The position numbers were made by a program, and so were the translations under genes. From Macrostomum lignano (lineage: Eukaryota), in NCBI GenBank assembly GCA_002269645.1, contig NIVC01003051.1, positions 59,029 through 123,028 of the forward strand: 64,000 bases of DNA, read 5' to 3'. Each line of letters begins with the position of its first letter. The stretch's first letter is position 1. Positions 12,575-22,500 of the stretch are shown piece by piece. A model generated the notes under the pieces. The model ran no database searches. It was not told where the DNA came from and worked only from the letters and a program-made list of their open reading frames with translations.

Positions 12575-14419
12575 TCACTTCTGACTGGCCAAAAGTATGT
12601 TCAGAAAGTCGCCGCAGCTGACTGTGCCGTCCAATGCGCTCTGATCGTCGTCCCCCTCCAGATGCCGCATTTCGACCCCTCTGGCATTTCCGGCGTCATC
12701 GCCGTCATTGGCGTCAGATGCAGCTGTTGTATTCGAGAGGGTTGGCTGACAGACTTCGCGGCTCCGAGCAGAGTCAGCGGAGTCTATAATGACGACTGTT
12801 GTTGCCTTCGGCTTTGGCGGTTTCGGCTGCTTCCGCTGGGGGGAGGGGCGGAGCGCGTTGGGAGTTCCAGTCTCTGCCGCGCAGTCGCAGTGCATTGCGT
12901 GAACGCCTGACTTAGACTGTCGGCAGTGCACTGCACCCCGGCGTTCGCGAGCCACACACGTACTGCAGCCAATTTTCCCGGGTTTGCGGGTGAAGATTTG
13001 GCCTGACCGGGCGCCTTGCGCCCGGACAGTGTGCAGCAGGCGAACTCCCTGTCCGTGAAGACGGCACGCAGGGCAGCTCGGAGAAGCAGTAAGTTTTGCG
13101 TCCTCGCCATCCTGTTTGGCTGGCACTTTTTTGCAGGCTTCTAGCCGATCTTCCGCATCGTGCCGCTTATTCAAAGCTACCTTAACGAAGCCCTGCTGCT
13201 CAGAGAATGGCACAAGAAAAGCAGCTGTTAGGTCAACGTTCGGCGTGGCGGCGTCGCAGGCATCTTTCAGAGCGCTCGTCTGCGCTGCGGACAAGCTCTG
13301 CGTTACAGTGAAGGACATGGCGTCCTGCCTGGAATCGCTGGCGTCGCCGTCATCACCGTCATTGGTGTCACATGCAGCTTTTGTACTCGAGCGGGCCGGC
13401 TGAGAGACTTCGCGATCGCGGGCATTCTGGGAAAGCAGCTCTGACCCCTGAATAAGCAGCGAGTTGCACTGCTGCATGCTGCTGACCAGCAGCACGTTAC
13501 GATGCTGCTCGTCCTCCAGTTGGCGTAAAAGCGTCCGCTCCATACGATTTGCGACACGAAGCTGCTCCGTTAATAGTCGGACGCTTTCTCGCTGATTCGT
13601 TTCTTCAACTATGCTGTGCTGTAACTGGCTCCCTAGAAAAGTATGCGGTGGTTCAAACAAAAAAGGCACTATACCCGACCTGAAAGTGCAGAAGTAACGA
13701 CCAACAATTGATGGCACTCACGCAGGGTGTCTATAAGCGACGACTGTCGCTCGTTCTCTATAGCAAACGTCCGGCAGGATGCACAGGCACGTGGAAGTTC
13801 CGATGGCTGAGCGTGTACGTTTCCTAGGACCGCTGTGCCGGTCGCGATGCTTCTGGAAGCGAACGGCCCACGTACTAGTGTCCCGAGCCATTTTTTCGCG
13901 GCCTTCCTGTTCGCCTTAGCGACGACAATTAAGACTTCGCTGCCGACATCGACGTTACTCGGGGACTCGCGTTTGCGTCCAACAATGTCATCGCGCGTGC
14001 TGACAACTTCTGTTTTTTTCGAAATAGTTGGAGTACTTAAAAATAAACAATCGCGGTACCGCTTCACGTTCGTAGGGCACCATGTCATGCTGTATGAAAA
14101 CGTCATCCCGTTGGGTGCCCTCTGCGACAGCAGACGAAGAAGGGCCCGAAGTCTGTGCAGCAGACATGGTGTCAATATCTTCGATGGCTGACAATAGCGG
14201 ATCCTGCAGTCGACGTGATTTCTCGGCAGTACGACCGAGAAATTGACTCAATGACTCATCGTCATCAGTCACAGCTTTGCGCTTCTTTCCACCGGACTTA
14301 CTCGACGGCGCCTTTGTTGGAGCTGATTTGGAGGTCGGCTTCGACTTCGACTTTGAAGTGGACGTGGAATTTGATTTCGACTTGCCGACTACGGCAGTAG
14401 TCTTCTTTCCTGTGCCCAT
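12575..14419 (-). CDS. CACTA accessory gene (TnpA-like), BEN-domain protein, about 584 aa after repairing frameshifts
   Basis: ATG at 14419; +1 shift in the T7 run at 14013-14019; GT-AG intron 13721-13633 joins the frames (TL|RSQLQH); BEN-like segment LLRAALRAVFTDREFACCTLSGRKAP...NPGKLAAVRVWL...AFTQCTATARQR at about 13098-12868, in a different frame from the 380-aa ORF. Confidence 0.65.
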
Positions 14420-14654
14420 TAGGATTAGAGCAGCTGAAAAAGGTGAGTTTTTGTGTCAATACTGTGTTCTGTGTTCACATGGGTGAAATCTAATTGTACT
14501 CGTACGTTACTTTAACTAGGCCTGGACTCAAGAGTAACAATTAAGGCTGTCGGTTTCCTCCTCAATCAAAAAGTCCGTACAAATTGTGCCGGCAACAAGG
14601 CCTTGTGTATTTATCAGCATATGCTGGTATACATACAAACGTGCATGTCTAACG

Positions 14655-14829
14655 TCCATCATCTCAATGTCATCATCATCTCAATGTCATCATCATCTCA
14701 ATGTCGTCATCATCTCAATGTCGTCATCATCTCAATGACGTCATCATCTCAATGTCGTCATCATCTCAATGTCGTCATCATCTCAATGTCATCATCATCT
14801 CAATGTCGTCATCATCTCAATGTCATCAA
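14655..14829. repeat. Tandem CATCATCTCAATGT(CGT) repeat between the CACTA cargo genes
   Basis: 14/17-bp units read directly. Confidence 0.9.
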
Positions 14830-14870
14830 TCCATCAATTGAGGCAGTCTCCAGTCCATCAATCGCAGTAG

Positions 14871-15649
14871 TCACTCGTATTCAGTGCGGGGTCTCGGTGA
14901 CAGACCCCGAAGCGGCCTTCGACGCCGCTTCCTCACTTTCAATTGATCCAACGGTACGGAAGGTGGTGATGGCGGCATTTCAATCGCGAAGAAGTTTGGC
15001 GCTTGCACGATCCGCCTGTGTCGGTGGCGGCCGTGCAGCGCTAAGCGGCGTGCTCGGCTAGTCGGCGACAGCTCCGCGTACCATGAGGCGCAGTCCGGGC
15101 AAGTTTGCGCAGGTAGTAGGCGTCGCTCGTCCCAACGCCTCGGCTCAAATGACGGTGGAGCAGCCGGTGGTAGCCGGTTGTAGTCCTCCCACGTATACTT
15201 GGACTCAGCAGTGGCTCGCGCGCAGGTCGACGTTGGTGGCGGGCCGGGAGAGTGACCACCGATTGTGGTGTCGCTGCCGTCATCGGAGTCGACGTTGGCC
15301 TTGGGACCGTCATGAAGCGGCCAAGTTAAGGCTGTAGAAGCAGAGACTGGGACGCAGCCTGAGTCGACGTTGGTGGCGGGCCGGGAGAGTGACCACCGAT
15401 TGTGGTGTCGCTGCCGTCATCGGAGTCGACGTTGGCCTTGGGACCGTCATGCAGCGGCCAAGTAAAGGCTGTAGAAGCAGTAAGCAGAGACTGGGACGCA
15501 GCGTGAGTCGACGTTGGTGGCGGGCCGGCAGAGTGACCACCGCTTGTGGTGTCGCTGCCGTCATCGGAGTCGACGTTGGCACGGGCATCCCCGTCAGCGA
15601 TCATTCGGTCGAAAAGTTTTGGCCAGTCAATTATGGGGCGATCCGACAT
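14871..15649 (-). CDS. CtIP/Ctp1/Sae2-like small protein inside the CACTA element (261 aa if a 7-bp deletion is restored)
   Basis: ATG at 15649 (MSDRPIIDWPKLFDRM), then 144-bp repeat units, then after a frameshift near 15343: FEPRRWDERRLLPAQTCPDCASWYAELSPTSRARRLALHGRHRHRRIVQAPNFFAIEMPPSPP...KRRRRPLRGLSPRPRTEYE, stop at 14873-14871. Matches the CtIP C-terminal pattern ERRKLxGHTCxxC..YY...SRHR...PxNFW...FP. Confidence 0.75.
15226..15585. repeat. In-frame 144-bp coding repeat (about 2.5 copies; one copy is 137 bp)
   Basis: GTCGACGTTGGTGGCGGG recurs at 15226, 15363 and 15507 (offsets 137 and 144); encodes ANVDSDDGSDTT.GGHS.GPPPTST. Confidence 0.9.
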
Positions 15650-16080
15650 GATTTAAATTCAATGGGGTCAGTCTGAAAATGGTTTTGACCACCTATAAGA
15701 ATATTCTTATTCTTATGCATATGAACACAACAAAAAATAAAGTGAATATAGTATACAGAAGTAACACGTAAATAAGCTACATATGACTCATAAAGCATCT
15801 CATCCAGATGCTTCTGGAAACCGGACTCAATTTTTTGGTTTAATTGCATCTACTATTACGTGCATATATACACATTTTTACAAAATCGCTAACAATTAGA
15901 ATGACTACTACAGTTTGTTAAAAAGTATAATAGAAATTTGATTATTTTCTTGCCAATCGTAAAGTAAGGAAAAAACGAAAGGAAAATACGTTTTATGCTG
16001 GCAATCAGTTATCCTAGCCTGTCAATCAGTTATCCCAGCCTGTCAATCAGTTATCCCATTGCCACGGACGCCAGCAGACT

Positions 16081-18885
16081 CTACGAATAGCCCAACTGCG
16101 GATGGGCCAGCAGAGCTACTTTTGTGTCGGTGACGACACAGACGCCACGAAACTGTGGCAGCCCCACATGAATCGGGTCGCCGAGGTAGCTCAAGTCGCC
16201 GAAGGGATCGCATGCGAATACTCGGAAGTGCGCGAGTCGACAGCCTCGATTAGGTGACGTTGTGGCAACCTGTGCTAGTTCCTCCAGCGGGTCGACGGCC
16301 GCGAGAACTGGCAGTACGAGCAGTCCGAGCCTAACCTGCTCACCTTGACATTCGATGGTTTGCACTCGGCAGAATCGGAAATCCGTCGTAGTGTCACCTT
16401 CGATGGCCACGAAGCCTGCCGCATCCTGACATCCGGGAGTGAAAATTCGTATTGTCCAACCGGATTTCAGAGTGGCACTGTGCCATCCGACTTGCCAGCG
16501 CTTCGGTCGACGAAGCACGACATCTGGAAGGGTGAGTACTTCTGTTCGACGGAATAATTCCTCTTCGTCTTGCTGATCCCCGTGCCCGATCAGTCGCGCT
16601 CGCGCTTGGATGGTGCCGATGTGGCGCTCCACGGCGCCAACCAGCTCGACGTCGGTGCGCCGCGTCCCATGCAGGCGTTTTTGCAGGCGCAAGTGCGTGC
16701 TTTCGAAAATTCCAGCCGATAGGCGGTGCGCAGAGCCGGCCAGATGGACGTATGTCAGCATGTGGCAGCACACCTGATGAGCATTATAGGTTAGTGCTCT
16801 TAAGGAGTACAACCTATACAGTTTGTCGTGGAAGTGGCGCAATGCAATCTCTACGTGCCGCAACTCAGACAGAGGCGCATAATCGGCAGTCATCCAGAAC
16901 ACTGCAGCGGAAAGAAGTAACAGATGCTGGTAGTGGGCGGGTGGTAGGACGGCTTCCAAAACGAGGGGGCCGTAGGCCATCAGCCACATTTCAAACTCGT
17001 GCCCACGGAAATTGCGGAGGTCACTCAGTGGACGCACTTCATGGCGTTGGACGTTGATGGGCAGCCGGATGCGGAGCAGCAGCTCATCGACCTGATGTTG
17101 AAGCCGGTGCAGGTCCGGACAATTCGTTTCTCCTCGGTCCGGCTTCTCGGCCCGCACCAGGAATAATTGGTACATTATCATCCGGACCAGACCTAGGTGC
17201 AGCTGGTGGAGATAACATGGCGGACATCGCGCAAGTCAAAACCCGGGAGGCGTCCTAACGGAGAGTGGCCTCGGACACCCAATGTGTCTGTGTTCTGGTG
17301 CCGAGCACCTGCTAGGTGTTGCTCCGCTAATCTGCGCGTATCTGCCATGCTCCGCAGGACAGTTTGCAGACAACCTAGACGTCGAGCAGCATTCTGCATT
17401 GCTGGCGTTAAGCCGACGTCGAAGACACGCCCAGAGCCTGAAGGATGAAGACGCGTAGCAATGTAGCACTTCTCGCAGCCGTAGATAGCCGTGCATCGTC
17501 GCATGCGGAGCGCATCTGCACGAGCCGGTGAGTCGAACATTGCTAGCAACGGATGGAAGCGTATCGTACGCTGAACTCCATCAGCGTCAGTGTACGTTAC
17601 GCCCCGGATGCGTAAAGAAATCAGCGCGTCGACGACCACCGGAAGGAAAGCCGCTGAACTCACTTTGGTCTTAGCAGCCCAGAGCCCACAGATTATGACA
17701 TAGCGCAACTTGACATGATCGTGAACCTCGTTGATGCTTAAGTAGGCTGGACACACCTCTACCTTGCTGGTTGACCGTGCTGGAAACCCATCAGAGCTCA
17801 GAGTATACGAGAGGTCGCTCTTAGCAACTAGGTTTATCGACTCCCGAAACTGTCTGTACAGGTGACTGTTGTAGAAATGGATGGTGTCTTCGTGCGGATT
17901 GAAGTCGGAAGGAAAAGTCAAATTATGCAGCAGTCCACATGACTCTATGTAAGTTCGGATCTGCTTTCTAATGTTGAAAACCCAGAAGTTTGCGACTCTC
18001 ATTGATCCGCAGTCTCTGCAATGTCCACCGTTTTGACTGCAGTCTCCTCGGTTGTTTACGTAGCACTCGTTGCACACAGTGACGCATTTTTCGGAGCCGA
18101 TGTAACTCTGGGCGGACTTTAGCGTCCGCCACATAGTTCTTTCAGTGCGCGGAATTCGACTTCCCGGAACCAGACAATGCACAAGACGTAGAAGTCTGGT
18201 TATTTTTTTACTTGGGATTCCAAGATCAATGGCGCAGTCGTTGATATGACACACAGCTTCACCAATGGTGCCCGTGATGGGTTCGCCGTTGTGCCACGGT
18301 AGCTGTAGCCAGGGATCAAGAACTGGCTGTTCCTGGCCATCGCTGTCGCTGGAGTCAAGTGACTCAGCGTCACTGCCGTCACTGGAGTCTGTGGGAAACG
18401 CGCGATAGTTTTTCTGTATCAACGGATATCGGGGCCGCATTTTGCAGATCCTCGATGCTACTCACCATGCTCAGGGGGCTCAGAGTCGGGTGTCTCTGTA
18501 CCGTCGCTGCCATTGCGGCCAGCGCTGTTTACGGACTCAGCGTCACTGCGGCTTTGGTCGCCTCCACTGTTGCCGTCACTGGAGTCTGTGGGAAACGCGC
18601 GATAGTTTTTCTGTATCAACGGATATCGGGGCCGCTTTTTGCAGATCCTCGATGCTACTCACCATGCTCGGAGGGCTCACTGTCACCGGTGTCTACGGAC
18701 TCGGCACCTCTGAGAAGCTGCGACGATGCTGCGACGACAGTGCTACTGCTGCGCGAAGTACTAGGTACAGCGCGACTAACCGGGGAACGCGGTCGGTCAG
18801 TCAACTCAGCGCAGGCCGCGTCAATATTTTGTTGCAGTCGTCGCGCCCGCTGATAAAATCGTCTGTCGCGTCGTGATCGCTCCAT
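16081..18885 (-). CDS. EnSpm/CACTA transposase (Transposase_21/DUF4218-type), 3 exons, about 883 aa, one frameshift
   Basis: Exons 18885-18663, 18585-18466 and 18388-16081 with GTGAGT...CACAG introns; motifs LSSDGFP, GLWAAK..FLPVVV..L, FDSPARA, GCEKC, GVRGHSPL..LPGFD, YLHQLHLG, TYNAHQVCCHM...SA..FES; one base missing at about 17220. Confidence 0.9.
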
Positions 18886-20942
18886 TGTAATTATTTCAGG
18901 TTTCTTAATGCAGCTGGAAATTCATGGAACTTTATTAACAAAGGCTGCTACGTACGCTACGCCTAGCGGGCCAATTCGGGGATGGGACTTTGCTTATACA
19001 TTTTTGTAAAAGAGGAAATCAACGTTGGAATCCCACAGTAGCATGCAGCCTTCAGAAATGTGTGCGATGACAGCATTAAAATGACAATATTTTTTCTCAG
19101 TTTACGTGAACTACGCTCGTAATGTAACATACGAAGACGCTCATATGATATATATATAAAGATGAGCGGAAAAAATACTGCAAGAGAACAAAACAGGAGC
19201 ACATTACAGGACATACAATTACAAGAAAATCTTCATGTCAATTGTCAATTATACACTGTGTCTCCCATACCATTTTCAACCCAATCCTGAATTAAAGGCT
19301 TTCATCAGCTCTTTTCTCCGGCTCTTGTCCAGTCGAAGAACCAGAGAAAGAACCGGGCAAAATTCCAGGCGGAAATGTTATTTCATCCGCTTTTACTCCG
19401 GAATTCCCTGGTTACTAAACTGGTTCCAAACCTGGCGAAGGACCGGGTAAAAAACCAGAGCACTCGTACGGTTTTTCCTCCGGAATTTCGCCTGGTTTAG
19501 AAAGGCAGAGAAAAAACGGATAAATTCGCCTGGTTTATGTTCTTCGCCTGGAAATGGGGCAAAAAACATAGCAAGCCAGAGCAAAACCGGGCGAAAAACC
19601 TGATCGGATGGCCACACGGGTGTACGCGGCAGGCCAGGCAACAACAGTACAGGCAAGCGCCAAATTTGGCGGCTTCCACTAACTAACCCTAGGCTAGGCA
19701 AACTTCCTAATTTCCTATGTTAAAGATTGCGCCATATTGTGCAACTTCTGAGCGCCAAGGAAGGCTGCTTAGAGTGCATGGAGGCAGCAGAAAATTCCTA
19801 TTCCAAATACTAGCAGCGGACAGCAGTGCCTAAGATGTGACTGCGGCCCTATGCTTGCAGCAGAAGGCTGCGGCCACATCACGTCTATGGCTGAAACGCG
19901 AGTGCGCTATGCCCATTGACGCACTCGTCAGCGTGCTAGATTCTTCTTCTTTCGTCTGACATGTTGAAAAAACTGAGTGTGGAACGGCATAGACAGCGCT
20001 TTTTATGGATTTCAGTGCTTAAATGAGTGCTCCAAAGATTAAATTGCCTGCCGGTTTGACACAGTTTTTACCATAGACAACTGGCAGTGAGGCTCAAAAT
20101 GCATGTGTTTTTTCTATCTTGGATTAAATTGCTTGCCCGTAGTCTCTAGCTCGTACTAGCTTGCAAAATGCTATAATAGCCATTAAATAACCTGTCTATG
20201 TCAGAATGTCCGAGGCTGCATTTAATGGTCCCGAGGCCAGCGAAGCGAGCCGAGGACTAGCTTTATTTATGTATCCCCCGTTCGGTATGTTGGCTGCTAG
20301 CGGGGATGAGGGGGCAGATTGCTGGCTGGGGGTGTGGGGGCGAAGCCCCCACATTTAGGCCACAGACAAATTTTAATTTATTTGCATCGATGCAAAGTGA
20401 GGCAAACTAGCAAAAAGTCAAGGGGAACTAAAGTACAAAAGAACTATAAAAAATAACAATAAAAAATGAAAAGTATAAATTACGTTTTTAGTCTATGGCA
20501 CAAAGCTAAAGGCTAATCTAGAAAGAAATTACTGTACGACGAAGTAAAGTTATTTGTGCAGCAACACTGCAAGCCGGGAGACTTATACGACTGAGAGACG
20601 TGCTGATTTTATCGACAAATAAGCCAAGAGATATGTCTGGACAGTCTGGTGCTCGACATCCAATCTTGTCGGATGCAGAAGCTGATGCACTGGTAAGTGC
20701 AACAGTGCCACCAAATACGGTCAAGAAGAGTGCGTGGATGATATCGACGTTTAAAGAGTGGCACGAATGCAAAAAAGAAGACTGGGCAAAGAATGGCGGC
20801 TCCTCTCTGATGGTATTGAAATCTATGGACGAATTTACTAGGTCCGACTTGAACTATTTGCTGAAGCTTTTCATCCTTGAGGTAAGGAATAAGAAGCATG
20901 AGCGCTACTCGGCTGGAACTCTCAAGGACTTCGTGTCTATGC

Positions 20943-22500
20943 CACAGAACATACACAGAATGGCGAATCAGCAGTTCTCTATGAAAGCGAAAATAAATGC
21001 GATTGCACTACTAACGTTGTGAAGCTGATAAGTAGCTGCGATTTTTTAAACGCAAAGTTGAATGTAAAAGTTGAGCTCAAGACAGCCTTTGAAAGCTCTG
21101 AATCCTCGTTTTGACGCTGCAGATGAATGCTGCGCCATCATTGTAATTAATTTGTTCATAACGGTGCGTGCGCAAAGTCATGAGCAGTAGTAACAACTGT
21201 TATAACCTCATTGCCATGTACATGTAAGCTAAAAAACAAAAGTAACAAACATATAACAGCAGGTTAAGTTTTAGCGCTGCACGCAAGGCAGGAAATGCCA
21301 GACGCAACAGAAATAACAAATCTCATGCAATCACACTCATCCTTTTGAACTTCCTCGATTGCTCATTGCAAAATGCTCGCCCGCGCTTTCTCTCCTGAGC
21401 CGCAATCCTGCGCCCATTGCACCAATGGTGCAAGCGCAGCCTCGAGAACAGCCTCACAATGCCCATCACGCATCTCTCTGAGTGCTCAGCGCAATGAGTC
21501 GCAATAATTGGCCTGATGCAATCGGCCAATAATTTGCTGATTCTGTGTGACAAAACAGCATGCATGAACTCTGTCACTTCCAGCAATTTGAATTGGCGTT
21601 CCATCTCAGTGACAGCTCTGATAACTGCTCTACTTGGGGTGACTAAGCTGTCATCCCGCTTGCACTTCAGTCGCAGGAAGCGTGTCCGAATTGCTTTCCC
21701 TTCAGTTCCTGCTGGAACACCTCACACTTGCACTCGGTTTTAAAGAAGCGGAACAGCAACCAACCGCCGACATATGCGCCCTTCTCGTGATCTAAGTCAT
21801 CCGATGTAGCAAAGAGCTCATCACCTGCTTCCGTGAGATCTGAGTCACAAGTGTTGCCCTGCAGGTGGAATGGATCTGGAGCTTCTTGGCTCACTGCAGC
21901 CTTGGATGCTCTCTGGCTGCTGAAAACCGGTGAAATCTAGTGCCCGGCGGACACTTGCCGGCGTAGTTGGGGCATCCGTACGCAGCGCACTGAAGCCTCG
22001 AAGCAGACGCAGTCATGCGAAAACAGTATCACAATAAGCTGCGTATTAAAACTCTAGCAGATATGCCTTCGGTATTACATGTAGCACTTTTGAAGCCAGA
22101 CCTAGCTTCAGCAGCACCAGCTTGGGCCATAGAGAATGCAATATAGCAAAGACAGGCTAGCGCGATCAATAATGCATTTGACCTGCATGCTTTCACGCCA
22201 CGAGCTCGTGCTTGAACGCCCAAGGCATGCTGTCTATGGCACTAACTTAAAGCGCAGCAGAAGGCAGGGCCAGCCTTAAGGTAGTTTCTAAAAATAGCAC
22301 AGTTTAGAAGGGGGTGGGTTGGTTCATCAAGCCTTCCTATATTCTGTGGGACAAACCCGCAATAAATGGCAAAGAATTGGTAAAGTGCCATTCAGCCTAC
22401 TTAGTTTCTCTTCACAACAAGAGTAGCCAGTATAGAATATCATTCTTGTGCAAGAAATTTTCTTAAAATGCGGGATTCGCCATTCTGTGTATATTCTGTG
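20943..22500 (-). mobile_element. P-superfamily (THAP9-like) internal-deletion derivative, 1558 bp
   Basis: 27-bp TIRs CACAGAA(C/T)ATACACAGAATGGCGAATC at 20943-20969 and 22474-22500; 8-bp TSD GTCTATGC at 20935-20942 and 22501-22508; CANRG terminus. Confidence 0.9.
21323..22016 (-). pseudogene. THAP N-terminal fragment next to a P-transposase C-terminal fragment
   Basis: MTASASRLQCAAYGCPNY...GTRFHRF (truncated THAP), then AYVGGWLLFRFFK..CKC, FLRLK...LVTPS..V...EMERQF, RLRLHHWCN; the catalytic core is absent. Confidence 0.75.

Larger units (their letters stand above)
11698..19620 (-). mobile_element. Full-length CACTA/EnSpm (CMC superfamily) DNA transposon, 7923 bp, three genes
   Basis: 35-bp TIRs CCCGTGTGGCCATC(T/C)GATCAGGTTTTTCGCCCGGT at 11698-11732 and 19586-19620 (1 mismatch); 2-bp TSD TG at 11696-11697 and 19621-19622; CCC terminus; encodes an EnSpm-type transposase. 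Confidence 0.93.

Noticed and set aside
15631-15849. 72-aa ORF (MQLNQKIESGFQKHL...) as the first exon of the CtIP-like gene
   Set aside because: The available acceptors put a TGA in frame before ATG 15649; no in-frame join was found.
18389-18440. ATG at 18440 as the transposase start
   Set aside because: It lies inside a duplicated GT-AG intron; the spliced model from 18885 is in phase.
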